Below are positions 1-12,923 of a stretch of 64,000 nt of DNA, in pieces. Position 1 is the first letter of the stretch. Each line of letters opens with the position of its first letter. The notes below the pieces were generated by a model, which worked only from the letters and a program-made list of their open reading frames with translations, was not told the origin of the DNA and did no database searches. The position numbers were made by a program, and so were the translations under genes. The DNA lies in the NCBI GenBank assembly GCA_965603825.1, contig CBFDEM010000046.1, positions 124,001 through 188,000 of the forward strand. Reading direction: 5' to 3'. This stretch comes from Blepharisma stoltei ATCC 30299 (Eukaryota > Protista > Ciliophora).

Positions 1-330
1 TAGTAAATTTAATTAAATCAGATATAATTTATGTTTCTTGATTTTGATTTTGTGAATCCTTTAGATACAATATACCATCTTTCTCAATAAATTTAACGAA
101 CTTCTGAATTGCCGTTAAATATTCAATCATTCATTTTTTTTATCTGATGATATCATTATTTTCCTTAGAACTTCAAATTTTAGATACTAGCTTCAGGATT
201 TGATAAAGTACTGAAAATTTCAATTAAAAATCAATATACCGCCTTTTCTCTATCTGTTTCTCGTCTTTATATATTTCAATTTATTTAAATCTCTCCATAT
301 TTAAAATGTTTATAAGTTTATCAATTATTA

Positions 331-3300
331 TTAGTTCACATAAAGTATTTCAACAACCTCAGCTACGAGCTGCTCAAGCATCATATCAGCAAGATCCAGC
401 TTTACTTGGGTTTCTTCGAATTCATAATCAACCCACTGTTGATCATTTTCCATGACTTCTAATGTCAACAGCCTAGCTAGCTTTTCTTCACGGATTTTTC
501 GTAAAATTTCTTCTTCTGTGCTGACACTGGCGTTTAGGTCGAATTCTGGGATTGTGCCTGCTCGTATTTTGCTGCACTCCAATATATTGTCTCTGACTTG
601 GCTAAATATTTCATATATATTTAATATATTTGAAGTACTTGGACTTCGGTTACTCCATGGCATAGGCACACCTTTTTCTCCATTTTTTCTGTATTGTTGC
701 AAATTCTCATTAATGGCATCAAAAATCATTTTATTGTGTATAGATTCAGCTTCTGCAAGGGCATCAGGTTTTGCTTCTTTTTCTAATTTATCATAGAAGT
801 TTGGCGATAAAACAGGATCTGCTGGAGGATCAGGGATTATGGCAGTCCCAATTTCATTTTCTTGCATCTTGGAAAGCTGATCTAAAGGATTTCTGCATAT
901 AGGTGTTAATAAGCTCTCTTGGGCTATTTCAGGGCTTTGCAATACAAAATTTAATAATTTTTCTGTATATTGCCTCACAGCATTTTCATCTGTATTTGAT
1001 ATCACTTTAGGGCTTTCCACAGAGATATCTATAATTGGCATTTCATATGGTCTGCAATGTCTTACTTCTTCTACAATTAAATCAAAAATAATGAAATCTG
1101 TTATTTTTACCAAGAAATCAGGAGAAATCAGCAGCTGCTTTATAGTTTCATAAACAAATTCAGACAAAATCCCGTTATACATATTTTCCAGTGCATCAGA
1201 AATAAGCATTTCTTCACATTGAGCTTCATCAAATGGTCTTGCGATTTTTTCTTGGAATTTTTCCATATCAATTAAACATTCAAGGTCTGGGTTTTCTATT
1301 GACGGTTCTTCTGGGATATTACAATTCGAATTTTCAGGTGAGCTTCATTCCTGTATCAGAATTGCTGAATTTTTATTAATAGGAGAGCTGTTTTTTGAAT
1401 GAGACTCATTATCGCTTAATAAATAAGGCGTTCCTCCTGGCTCTACTATTAAATTTGGCCTAGGGCTTGCTTCATATTCAATTAAGCTTGAACTGTCATT
1501 TTTTTCACTTGAGGATTCTTTGGAGTTTTCTGTGTTTAAATCTAAGCCTTCTTCAAAACTTTTAGAGATTTCTTGAGCATTTTTTTCAGCTGAGGACTGG
1601 ATCTCAGCGTCTCCTTGGAAGGATTTGAACGATTGTGAGCTTTCTTCAGAAAATTCGCAAATAATTGGTTCTGAATCTATAGAGATGCTATTCTCAAGCT
1701 CAGGGCTCAGGAATTTTTCGACTTGTAATGCATTAAATTCTGGGGAATCCCGTTCTTCTGCTATTACATTTTTTATTTCATGGAATATAGAATCAATAAA
1801 CTTGGAATCCTGCCCAATTGGAGATTTATCAGGTATAGGAAATTGCAATGCTTTTATTTGCTCAATAAAGCTATTCGAAATATCAGCCGGCTTTTTACTT
1901 TGGCAAGGAGACAGCTCGTCGATATCAATTGATTTTTTTTCTTCTTTGTTTTCTTCAGTCTCATTATTTTCAATATCAAGCTCGCTTACCCTTACACTTT
2001 TGTTGCTAGCGGAATCAGAATAATTGTCCCATTCTTTTTCTTGGGAATTTATGACGTCTCCTAAAGCTTTTTCTAAAATTCCGCTATTTTTTTGCTCTAT
2101 TAATTTGTCGGCTAACTGTTTTCGCTGCTCAAATGTTTTAATTAAAGATTCTTCATCAGCATTTTCTAAGTTATCAGAAAGTGCTGACTTAACTGCTTCT
2201 ATATTTTCGTCAAAAATTTGGTTTATATGGGAGTATCGCCTTTCTATTATTTCTTGGAAAAATTTCATAGTTTCTTTATCATTTCCTACTTTTTTCGCAA
2301 TTTTTTCTATATCTTGCATATCTTTTTCCTTAAGCTCTTTAAGTTTTTGTTTTTGATGTATTCTTCATTGCATTTGTGACTCTAAAATTTCCTGGATTTC
2401 CTTTTGTTTTTCTTTATTTATTCCATTTTTGATTCCTTCTTCTCTCAATCTCTCTAATTCATGTGAAGAAATCGCTGCAGGTACCGGTGAAAACTTCCGG
2501 AAATGAGAGTCTAGGTCAAGCCCTGCTGAATCTTCTCACTCTTTTTTTACAGGCACAGGGGATAGTCTCGCGAACTGAGATTCTGCATTTGATTCTTCCC
2601 ATTTTTGTCCATTTGACAGTTTATTAAAAGTTCTAGGACTTATATGGTCTGATTCTTCTCAGCTGCTCCCATTTGTGAAGTTATCTGGTTTTCCTATTTT
2701 TCTCAATATTTTTTGTACTTCTTCATCTTCATCTTCAAACGAAACCTGCCCATCGCTCCCATACAGCCTTTTATAAAGCCACGTATCATCTGAGCTTTCC
2801 AAATTTTCAAAAAATCTCCTCAACGCTTCCCTTGTAAGCCACCCTCTTGTCCATGCCTGGATTCTTACTGCAGCCTGATTTTTTATTTCTTCTTCATTTG
2901 TGGAGTCTTTTGCAATTTCTCTGGCCCTGTCCACACGGTTTTTAAGCTCAGCTAATTTTTTGCGAATTTCGTCTTTTCGCCGAGAAAGGTCTGAAGACTG
3001 AAGTTCTTGGAGTTTTAGCTCTTCACTGACGTCTTCTGTGTAAGTGGGGGTGGTTTCTTTTACTTCTAAAATGGGCATTGTGACACTGCCGATAGGTAAA
3101 GTTGATTCTTGATGGACTCGACGTTCTACTATATCATTAACGAGCTGTGTAGCGTTTCCTCGTTCTTCGATAGCTTGAACGTCTGGATAATGCCCAAAAA
3201 CTTGGCATTCTCGGCCTTCTCTGTTATAGCTGCTTGAGGTCTCTGGAGGCATTCCATACATGATCCCTTTGACTTCTTCGTCTTCTGGGTAGTTTGTGTC

Positions 3301-4470
3301 ACTTTCTTCAACCCATGGCTTCACAGGCTTTTTCTTAAGGATTTTTTTTCGGACTTTTTCTTTTTTCTTCTCTTTTTGCTTTTTTTTCTTGAATTTGTTT
3401 AAATTTGATTTTATTTGGGATTCTAGGTGGTTTAATTGAGAAATTCGCTTGCTTTCTTCTTCGCGGATTTTTTCACTGTCAAGCTCTTTTTGGAGTTTTC
3501 TTAATTTTTTTTGGTACCTCATAAATTCGAGAATTTCTGGATTTGGTTGTTTAATTGATTTCTTTTCAAGCTGCTTTTCTTCATCTTTATGACTCCTTGA
3601 CGTTTTTGCCCTTTCAGGAGATTTTCAATTAATATTATCCATCCCAATCCTCGCTTTTCCCATCTGTTTGTTTTTTTCCCTGCTTTCCCTCTGTTTTTTC
3701 CTCATTTCTTCTGCTTCTCTTCTCGTTTTTTCATCAGTTTCCCCCATGATTCTTCTTTCATCAGCTCCCCAAGGTACTTTCGGCTTAAACTCATTTTTTT
3801 TAAATCTCTGTTTATTTTCAAGCCTTGTTTGTTTATTCAGCTGTTCCAATTCTCTCTTATTTCTCTGCTGCTTTACCATCTCATCATATTTTCTTTTTTC
3901 TGCTAAATCTTTGCTAAGTTTTTGTTTTCTCAAAGTTTTGCTAATAATTTTCTCAATTGAGCCTTTTTGAGGGATTTCTTCAATAGCTGGCTTCTCTATT
4001 TTTACTTCTTCTTTATGAGTAATTGATGTAGGCTGAGGTGTAGCTGAAGATTTCCTTGGGATTTTTTGTTTTAATGTAATTGATGGCTGTTTTGATAAAG
4101 GCTGAGCTACTGGCTTGCTGATTTTTATAGGTTCTGGGGTTTTCGACACAACTTTGCGCTTAATTTCTTTTTTTGGTTTTTGAGTATCCTGAAAATAATT
4201 AATCGCCTTTTTAGTTGGCTGAGGGGATAAAAATTTCAGTTTGGGTGACTGTATTACTACAGGAATCGGAAATCGGCTTGTGCTTTCATTTGAAGGAGAA
4301 ACGACTGATTCACTTGTAATTCGACGGCCAAGGACTGGCACAGATGGAGTTCTTGCAGTTCCAAAAGATTTAAATATTTCTGTGTGTTCTGGACTTAATA
4401 AACTTGGGGCGTATAATGAAAGTGGTGAAATTGATAGGCTGGGTTCTAATGATCGCACTTCTTTTAACAT
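331..4470 (-). CDS. CEP350/CAP350-like centrosome/basal-body protein (~1379 aa; IQ-like motif, C-terminal DUF4378-like domain)
   Basis: ORFs 3625..4470, 2659..3522, 1345..2319 and 331..1266 are all in one frame and each upstream piece ends in TGA; I read 2341-2661 and found no TAA/TAG. QAAVRIQAWTRGWLTR is IQ-like; C-terminal QWVDYEFEETQVKLDLADMMLEQLV resembles the CEP350 C-terminus. Confidence 0.75.
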
Positions 4471-4861
4471 ATTTAAATCAGCTTTTATTTTACATTTTTA
4501 GTTTTGATAAGCAAAAAGATTTTAGAGATAAAAGTGTATTTAAGGATTAATCTTGGCTAAAAATTCATTATTTATAAGTCTTTAACAGCTATTTCAATGT
4601 ATCTTTTAGAAATTTGTATATGTTTTCATTTATAAGTTACATTTATATCTGTACTTACATTAAAGCAGCCACTTGAAGCATAAGTAAACGATTCCTCAAT
4701 TATTATTGAAGCACTTAGCAAATATTTAAATCATAAAATTATGCAGCTCTGTAAAGAGACTAAGAAAAAAATAAAAATATTGATAACCTTCCTATTACCT
4801 CTTACATCACTAAATTATGAATAAAAAGTGTTATAAATAATATAGATAATTCTTTTCGATC

Positions 4862-5600
4862 CTAATTCAAAAGCAGTCCCCATGCAATCTACATATTATT
4901 TACCATTGCACACAAATCGAAGCCCATATGAGCTGAAACTGCGGATAATAATCCATATCTTTCTTTTATCAGCTGCAATGATATTCCTACTCCTACGATA
5001 AAGGAAAATCCAAAAATGGCTTGAATTATCCCTGTAAATCTAAGGATTATAAACTATATAAAAATTTACAAAATGATACTCAGAATATAATAAGGCTACG
5101 AACCATTTCCAACTTTCCGGGAAACTTTTGACCAAAAACACCCTCCAGAACCACTCTTCAACACCTGGATTTACTACTGTAAAATAATAGGCAAACATCA
5201 GTGGATTTAGGAAGTTATTGCAATCAATAGCAAAATCATTGCAAGTCAACTCACTAAAGCCTGTGATAAATAGCGCAAAGGACTTAAAAAAATAAATAAG
5301 CAATGTTCCTGGCGCCATAAGTCCTATGACGATAATTGAGCAAAATATTAAACCGATCAATCCTTGATGAAAAGCGTTTTTGAGTTCTCCTCGTGTGTAC
5401 TCAAAGGTAGAGGAGTTGAAACAAAGTTTATAGAGAATTGGAAGGATTATCATGGTCGCATGCATACAGACCGTCGTAAGTCAGATGCTACTGAAATAAA
5501 ACAGCCCGAGAGCAATACTACAGAGAGGGGATAACCCAATCAAAGTCAATAAAACCCGTTGAAACTTACTAGGGTGATATGACTGATGAGCTATAACCAT
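4862..5600 (-). CDS. CPBP/Abi (type II CAAX protease-like) intramembrane metalloprotease, 2 tiny introns
   Basis: ATG at 5600, one TGA-Trp, EEWFWR motif, YH and SAHMGFD motifs after removing introns 5054-5069 and 4889-4903; stop TAG at 4862. Confidence 0.8.
4889..4903 (-). other. 15-nt spliceosomal intron GTAAATAATATGTAG
   Basis: GT-AG, A at -6, contains an in-frame TAG; removal extends the ORF to its stop. Confidence 0.7.
5054..5069 (-). other. 16-nt spliceosomal intron GTAAATTTTTATATAG
   Basis: Removal restores the frame into the last TM segments and the His motif of the CPBP protease. Confidence 0.85.
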
Positions 5601-5990
5601 TTATAAATATTTATTATAATAAAATTTAAGAGATGTCATAGAGAAATCCAGAAGAAGCCATTTTAAAATTTATGCAACTTAGGAGTAATTTCAAAATTTT
5701 TAAAAAAATCTCTATGATTCTTTCAAAATGGCTATGAAATGTAAATTTATATTCTGGCGAAATTTTATTATATTTCAGATTCATAGAAACCCTTTTACAT
5801 TTTTACCAAAAAATTGTATAGCTATGCACAATTACATTAACTAATATAAACCTTTTAGCTTCCAAAATAGCAAACATTTTACGAAAATTCTAATTAATTC
5901 TGTTTTATTAAGAATTTTTCATAGGCTCTTTTCTCAAATTTTATTTCCATTAAATGGCTATATTTTTATGGTTTATCCTAATTAAAAAAT

Positions 5991-6878
5991 ATGTTTTGGT
6001 ATTTCATCTATTTTATCGTTTTGATAGCTTTCTATCAGCTTATAAATTTGATATATAGAAGATGGATTGTCAGAGAAGAACCAACACAAAGTACAGCAAT
6101 TTTAATTACAGGAGGCGCACAAGGTCTTGGAAGAGAAACTGCCTTAATTTATGCCCAGAAAAGGTGCAAAATCGCTATATGGGATATAAAATATGATCTC
6201 CTTGATAAAGTAAAATCAGAAATAACTCAAGCTGGAGGAACTGCATATTGCTATAAATGTGACATTTCTGATAGACAAGAGGTAGAAAATACCGCACGAC
6301 GGACATTAGATGATATGGGGAAAATTGATATTTTAATTAACAATGCCGCTATAGCAACACATTTACACCATGACGAAATCAAAGAAAATCACTTCAGGAA
6401 GCTTCATGAAATTAACTATCTAGGACACGCATGGGTTACTTTAGCATTTTTACCCCATGTCAGACATATAACGGTTATAGCTTCAGTGCTTTCTTTTATT
6501 CCTGCTTTAAAAGAAAGTGATTACTGTGCAAGCAAAGCAGCAATAAATGCATATTTTTCTTCGTTGAGAATTGAGCTTAAAGCAAGAAAAAGCCCGGTAA
6601 AGGTAACGATTGTATATCCTTATCATATTTTTACAAAAATGTTCAATGATATGAAATTTGGGCATGTGAAATATCTATTGCCAAGCCAAAAACCAGGTGA
6701 TGTTGCAAAAGCAATTTATAATGGAATTTGTGAGAAAAGGGAAGAAATTTTTGTGCCTGGGTATGCCAAAGTGTTATGTTTGATTGCGTTGAGCTTTCCG
6801 AGTGAAGTTAGGGATTGGGGGAATGAGTTATTATTTAGAGATGCCTGTGAGAGCTTAAAGCCATTAGCTTATAATTAA
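5991..6878 (+). CDS. Short-chain dehydrogenase/reductase with N-terminal membrane anchor
   Basis: TGGAQGLG, NNAA and YCASK (YxxxK) motifs. Confidence 0.92.
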   Translation: MFWYFIYFIVLIAFYQLINLIYRRWIVREEPTQSTAILITGGAQGLGRETALIYAQKRCKIAIWDIKYDLLDKVKSEITQAGGTAYCYKCDISDRQEVENTARRTLDDMGKIDILINNAAIATHLHHDEIKENHFRKLHEINYLGHAWVTLAFLPHVRHITVIASVLSFIPALKESDYCASKAAINAYFSSLRIELKARKSPVKVTIVYPYHIFTKMFNDMKFGHVKYLLPSQKPGDVAKAIYNGICEKREEIFVPGYAKVLCLIALSFPSEVRDWGNELLFRDACESLKPLAYN

Positions 6879-7146
6879 ATTAGTAGGTTTAGAGAAAATC
6901 CCACTTAATTTTGCATTAATTCTTTAATTTATCTGATTTGAATATATAAGTATCCACTTTGATGGAGGGAGAGTTAGGAGTTTCATAACTTTTTAATTTT
7001 TTCTTAATAAATATTTTTGTGTAAGGTTTAAAATGTTTAATCATGGCTTTAAAAAAGGACTGAATTATTTTTGCGAAGACCCCAATTTTTAAGCTATTTC
7101 CCACATTGATATTGGATTAAATGATTAGCAGTTATTATAATAATAA

Positions 7147-8586
7147 ATGGGTGGGAAAGGCAAAGGAAAAGGCAAGAAAGGCAAGAAGAAAAAGTCAAAA
7201 AAGCAAAAGGACCCACGAGAAGCCTTGCCTGAAGAGATAAAAGCGATGGACATATCCACACTTCAAAGGGAAATCGAAATTTGACGACAAAAAGTTTTGG
7301 ACACAAAAATTCTTAGGAACAAATTTCAGAACGAAAAAGACCTAATCAAGCAGTTTTACGAAGTAACCAAAAAGAATACAGAAGACATCACTGCCAGCAT
7401 AAAAAACAAAGACTCAGAAATGGAGAGACTCGAAGACGACCATCGAGTTGAAGTAAAAGTTTACATGCAAAAAATCCACCATCTTGAGTATGACCACCAA
7501 AATGCATTAAAAAAGCTTGAAGATGATACAAAATCCAACCAAAAAGACGAGGTCAACTATCACTTCAAAACAGAAAACCAAATGAAGCTTGCCAAAATTG
7601 AGCTTAAAAAAGAATTAAATGAGCAAGAATTGGCATATGTTAACAGGGTTGGCAAAGAGATGGAGACCTATAAGTCTAATTTAGACTTCCTTAAAAGAAG
7701 CTATGATCAAGAATTAGCAAGAATTGAGGAAACTTATAACACCAAATTTCAAACCTTAAAAGAAAACTTGGAACTTAGGCTGAAAGTCGAAATCCATGAG
7801 GTCGAAGAAAGGAAAAACAAGCACAGGAACACATTAATGATGAAGCATGAAAAAGCATTTAGGACCATAAAAGACTACTACAACGATATCACTAGAGGCA
7901 ACCTTGAAAAAATTAGAGACTTAAAAGACGAAAAAGCGCAGCTAGAAAGAAATCAAATTGAAAATAAACAGCTTATAGAAGAACTCAGAAAGAAAAATGC
8001 AGAGCTTAAAAAGCCATTAGAAGACGCAAAAGAGCAGCTGGCTTTATTAGAGGACAAGCTTACAAATTATAATTTAGACAAAGTTAGCTTATTCAACGCT
8101 AAAAAACACTTAAAAACTTTATTATCAAGGCTTGAAAAATGCAAATATGATAAAAACGAGCTTGAAACTAAATACCGCCAGACCCTGCAAGAAAGAGACG
8201 AGCTTTATAAGAGATTTGAGAACTCTATAGACAGAGTCAAACAAAAAGCAGACTATAAGAATGTTTTCTTAGAAAATAAGCTTAAAGAGCACGAAGACAA
8301 TTTACAAAGAAAAGAAACTCAGCTACAAGAAGTCCTCGCCAAGGCTAATATTGATCAAGCATTTATAGTAGAAATCAATAAGAGGATTGAAGACTCGCTA
8401 GAAGCTAAAAACACAATTTTGAAGAATTTGAAATATTCGTTGTCACATGCTATTAAAGCTTATAATGATGCTATAAGAGTATATGAAGCCAAACTTGTAG
8501 AGTTTGGAATACCGCCTGAAGAACTTGGGTTCCAACCTATTGAATCAATGACGTCTACAATGCCTGCAGGGCTTGTGGCTGCTTAA
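7147..8586 (+). CDS. GAS8: GAS8/DRC4 (trypanin), dynein regulatory complex subunit
   Basis: Lys-rich start MGGKGKGKGKK at 7147, in frame through one TGA; HRVEVKVYMQK, EIHEVEERKN, YYNDIT and EFGIPPEELGFQP motifs. Confidence 0.9.
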
Positions 8587-8640
8587 TTTAGATAATTTTA
8601 TAATCTTAATATTAAAATTTTTATTAAAAATATTTTTTAA

Positions 8641-9786
8641 ATGGAAAAGTTCATTTGTCATCTCTCTCAGCAGAACTATGAAGAATGCAATGACTTACTA
8701 GAAGAATTCAATGAAAATCCTTCAATCAAGCAAGGTCTTCAAGGTGCAATTATTTTTGAAATCCAATATTATAATTTCGCATACGTGATCTATAGAGATC
8801 CAAACAGAGAAAGAGCTATCAGAGAAATTTACACTGACATAAAAAACGAATTCGAAGAAATTGACGATGACATTTACGCTGAACTTTTACATGTCCTTGA
8901 TATCCAAGTAAATCTGTGTGAGCTTTATAAAGAATTAGCACAGGCTGACTATAATTTAAGTGACCAGCTAGCTACATGTGAAAGCTTGATAAAAGCCCTT
9001 GGAACCGCAAATAATGAATTACTTGAGCCTTTTTATGAGACTATTATAATTGAGCTGAATATTATTAAAAATTTAATTGTAGCGTCAAGAAGCATATCAA
9101 ATCTAAATTACATGAGCACAATTTTAGCCTTGACTCAGGCTCATTCAATTATCCAAGAATGGGAAAAGATTTTTGTTTTTAAGAAATATTCCCCGTCTTA
9201 CTCAAATAATTCGCTTGAAGAATATAATATGATCTATAAGTTTCTCTTGAGCATTTTACATGTAATTATGGCAAAAACCAAGCTATTTTTCGGGCCGAAT
9301 TTTGAAAATATGGCAGGGAGTGAGTTTTTGGAGTATGGAGAAGAATTTTTGATAAGAATCCGCAGTAAATCTGCAGAGCTTGGCATTAGCTATATATCAT
9401 TATTGCTTAATAATGATGAAAACTTAAACTTGCAAGAGTACTCTTATAAGTGCAGAAGAAAACCTAAAGTAATCAATGAAATAAGCACAGAGCGATTTAT
9501 CGTGATTTTTAAACACGCTCTAGAAAGCTTGCCTGATGACATGGAAAATGCTTTATATGTATCTTTGGAATCTGAAGAGCAATCTTTATCTTACTCTTCA
9601 CATAAAGCTATAACTGCTGCTTGTCCATCAACCTTCATGAATTTTCTTTTTAATAAAATAGACACATATACTATATTAGTATTCGCCTGTAAAACCCCAT
9701 CAAAAGAAATATCAAAATTTTTTACTGAATTATCATTTCAGCTAAAAATGTTTGCCCCTAACTATGCAAAATTTAAGAATAATTAA
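8641..9786 (+). CDS. KICS2/C12orf66 (DUF2003)-like protein
   Basis: Ordered motifs AIREIYTDIKNEF, LLEPFYETIIIEL..LIVA, LTQAHSIIQEWEKIF and IMAKTKLFF parallel human C12orf66 as I recall it. Confidence 0.6.
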   Translation: MEKFICHLSQQNYEECNDLLEEFNENPSIKQGLQGAIIFEIQYYNFAYVIYRDPNRERAIREIYTDIKNEFEEIDDDIYAELLHVLDIQVNLCELYKELAQADYNLSDQLATCESLIKALGTANNELLEPFYETIIIELNIIKNLIVASRSISNLNYMSTILALTQAHSIIQEWEKIFVFKKYSPSYSNNSLEEYNMIYKFLLSILHVIMAKTKLFFGPNFENMAGSEFLEYGEEFLIRIRSKSAELGISYISLLLNNDENLNLQEYSYKCRRKPKVINEISTERFIVIFKHALESLPDDMENALYVSLESEEQSLSYSSHKAITAACPSTFMNFLFNKIDTYTILVFACKTPSKEISKFFTELSFQLKMFAPNYAKFKNN

Positions 9787-9803
9787 TTGTGATAAATAGT
9801 AAT

Positions 9804-11963
9804 TTAGTATCTACGCGAAGCACTAGGCGAGCGCATATAATCAGCTTTAAATGGATCATTTCTAGGGGTTTCCCATGGAGATGCAATATCGTGAGGTGCT
9901 GGCGTCTGCATAGGATACCCAGGGGACTGTGCAGGAGTTTTCATTACGTCTTGTGCAGATTGAATAGCCATGCCGTTTGCAACAGATTTTACCTCTGCAC
10001 AGGCGCTAAGGTCAATTGTTATAGTTTTGTTTTTGGTGTTTAATTCAATCATAGCTCTTCTGTCCATCAATTTTATGATTTTCCCTGTATACCCACGATA
10101 TGGGCCTTCAGTGATTCTTACATATTTGCCAACAACGTCTTTTGGAGAAGGCTCAGGAGCTGCTACCTCTTTTCTTTCGCCGCCTAATAATAAGCAATAG
10201 CTAGCCTTTATAGGGACTATATTTGCAGTGGCCACTGAATCAGGGATATTTAAAAATAACACACCTCTTAATGAATTTTTTATCGCCCCAATTTTATCAT
10301 GCAGATCATGCTTAAAATAGCTGATTTTTACCATATCTCCTGCAACTAATGAATTCCCATCTCTATCAACTGCAGCAGCTCTTCTGGCGATATATTTCTT
10401 GGCTACCTCATGATACCATACATTTTTAGTTTCCCCATTATCCATGACAGCCTTTACACAGTCATTATCTACCTTAACAACTATACCAAAGGCTTTATCA
10501 TTATTTAATGTGACGATGTCATAGACTTTATAAGCCTCAGTATGCTGGACTCCCGAGCTTATTTCATCAGTTAACTTTAAGTCATTAAAAAGAACTGAAA
10601 TCACGTCTTTGGAGACATCACACATTAAATCTGCAGTCGTTTCTTTGGTAGCCGCAATCATCCCGGTAACACCTGAATATCTCCCTCCAGATACCTTTAC
10701 ATGGTCGCCGACCTCAAAAAACTTGCTGACTTCAGACTCAGGGAAATTTAGCTGCTGATTGGCAAGTTCTGCTATACTTGGAAGGATTGTGACCATTCCT
10801 TCAGCAGCCCTCATAACAGTCCCTGTAAGTCCTCTGGCATCTCCTTTAATTACTTTGACACGATCGCCTTGCGAATAATGGATTTTCCTGCCTTGGAATT
10901 GTGAAGGCTTGTTTTCTTCTTCTTGTGAAGAAGTTTGGAAAATTTGGATTTCTGTGAGGGTTGGGGCCACATTTTCAGTCTGGAGACTACGGATTGCCAT
11001 TGATTTGTGAAGCAGACCGTTGCGGAATTGTAAGCCATTTCATAAGAAAAAAATGTCTCGGGACATGACGTCTCTTTTGGTTTCACAGTCAGGGTAGTCT
11101 TTTGGGTTAAAAAGTTTGGCTGGAGGTCGCACTTTGCGGTTACTGGTTTTTTCAAGACGTGGGACCACTCTTACTTGTGCGCGATCTCTGTGTTCTTCGA
11201 CCATTACAATTTGGGCTATATCTCCTTTGTAGTCTCCTGATTTGATTCTGACAAATTTTCCAGGCTCAATGGTAAGTTTTTTGGCTTTGTCCATAGAAAA
11301 AACGTCTACCATTTCTTCAATTGGGACAATAGAAATCTTATATTCAAGCAGTAAATGAATCCCTTTAATGGCAGTAACAACATGAACCTTCTTATAGGCT
11401 TCTACGTATATATAATCTCTTACATGATTTGAGGCAAATGCTGAAAAAATTTCTAATGGCTCTCCTTCTCTCATCTTAAATAAAGCTTTTTGCATCAAAT
11501 TCATGGCCGCTTCTTTTTCTTTCCCATTCCTACACCCTACAAGCCACAATTTCGGGTCTTGAATTGATGGCAAATTTCTCTGCTGGGAGACTTGAGAAAG
11601 GTCTTTAGGGATGTCAGTCATTTGTAAAGTCGCTCTATGCTCAAATCTTCTTGCAATGTCTTCAGGCTTTTCTTCTGATAAATAATCTCGGCGCTTAGGC
11701 AGTGAACTTAGAAGTCTTTCAGCTTCACGACGCTCGTGCTCATATTCAGGATCAATGTCACTTTCTTCGTCCTCTTCACCTTCATCTGCAGCAATTTCAA
11801 GAAATTGATTTTTTGTGAATTTAGCACTCCTTTTTTGGTGTTTTGTGCCCTTTGATGAAGATTTTTTGACCCGCTTGCGAGAGGTTTCTTCTTTGACGTC
11901 GAAATCTTCGTCTTCACTTGATTCATCAGATGAAAAGGCATCCTCAGAACTTTCGCTTGACAT
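9804..11963 (-). CDS. SPT5: Transcription elongation factor SPT5 (acidic N-terminus, NGN, KOW domains, short CTR)
   Basis: Two in-frame ORFs joined by TGA at 11040; LPSIQDPKLW, YIYVEA, KOW motifs (GDRVKVIKG, GDHVKVSGGRYSG, VRITEGPYRGYTG), KTPAQSP repeats. Confidence 0.95.
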
Positions 11964-11975
11964 TTATAAATTTAT

Positions 11976-12539
11976 ATGGATAGATTAATCGAGTATTTGA
12001 ATAGAAAAATTGCAGTGACAGCGACAGAAATTTCAAAAGATTTTGGGGTGTCTTTAGGTGAAGCTAGAAAAATGTTGTTTAATTATATACAAAATTATGA
12101 AAGTAATTTCAACTGTATTTATTCATCTTTTGATCCTTCAAATAGGAAATTTTCTTTAATTACTGAAGAGCAAATGTTTAATTGCAGCATGTGCGAAATC
12201 GAAGTTTATGGTATCGTCCGAGAAAATTATGATAAAATAACCCTCCTCACAAATTCCTACAAGCTAAGAGACGATCCTCCTCTTGGAAATCACAAAAAAG
12301 GTGTCTTAGTTAGCACCCTCCCAGTAGTAAAAATCGAAAATCGTATACAAAAAGATGGAACCCCTGCAATCACAACAGGTAAAAAATTAAAAAGAAATTC
12401 CCTTGATTTTTATTTTAACCCTCCAAAACGAGTAAAACCGAACTGCGAACTGTCCATTTCTGATATAAAAAGACAGGTAAAATTAAACAATGATGGGAAA
12501 TTAGTATTAGAAGAACACATTACTTATGAAGAACAATAA
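11976..12539 (+). CDS. DNA polymerase delta subunit 3 (POLD3/Cdc27)-like, short form
   Basis: N-terminal winged-helix-like VTATEISKDFGVSLGEARKMLFNY; PIP-like NSLDFYF; C-terminal NNDGKLVLEE. Confidence 0.6.
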   Translation: MDRLIEYLNRKIAVTATEISKDFGVSLGEARKMLFNYIQNYESNFNCIYSSFDPSNRKFSLITEEQMFNCSMCEIEVYGIVRENYDKITLLTNSYKLRDDPPLGNHKKGVLVSTLPVVKIENRIQKDGTPAITTGKKLKRNSLDFYFNPPKRVKPNCELSISDIKRQVKLNNDGKLVLEEHITYEEQ

Positions 12540-12541
12540 CA

Positions 12542-12923
12542 TTAATCTATAATTTCCCACATTCTATTAACAGAATCATATGCTGATGAATTTTGAATTT
12601 TAAAAGGAACTTCTTCATCTCCTTTTATATAATTTCCACTGATATTTTGTGTATCAGCAGCGTTTCATTCGATTTTTGCGAACATCCGGTATAGGTTTAT
12701 TTTGCTTTTTAAATAGGACATCATTTTTTCGTTTGCCGCATCTGTTTGGCTTCTTGGAAATTTAAAATTTGTTCTTCAACCTTGACTTTTTCATCCTCGA
12801 GCTTGTTGCCGAGGAATTTTAAGTTTTCTTCAGTTTCGACGATTGAGTTTGGATGGTGAGGGGAAGTTCGTCAAGAATTTCTTGGCAGGCTTGTAGTGAA
12901 CTTTTTAGTTCGCCGATATCCAT
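12542..12923 (-). pseudogene. SPC24 pseudogene (internal ~150-bp deletion plus small indels)
   Basis: Near-identical to 19393..19926 but lacks the segment equivalent to ~19581-19730. Confidence 0.85.

Noticed and set aside
452-4501. Plus-strand ORFs antisense to long genes (also 21932, 23523, 26669, 51886, 63402 etc.)
   Set aside because: Shadow ORFs rich in Ser/Phe/Leu opposite well-supported genes.
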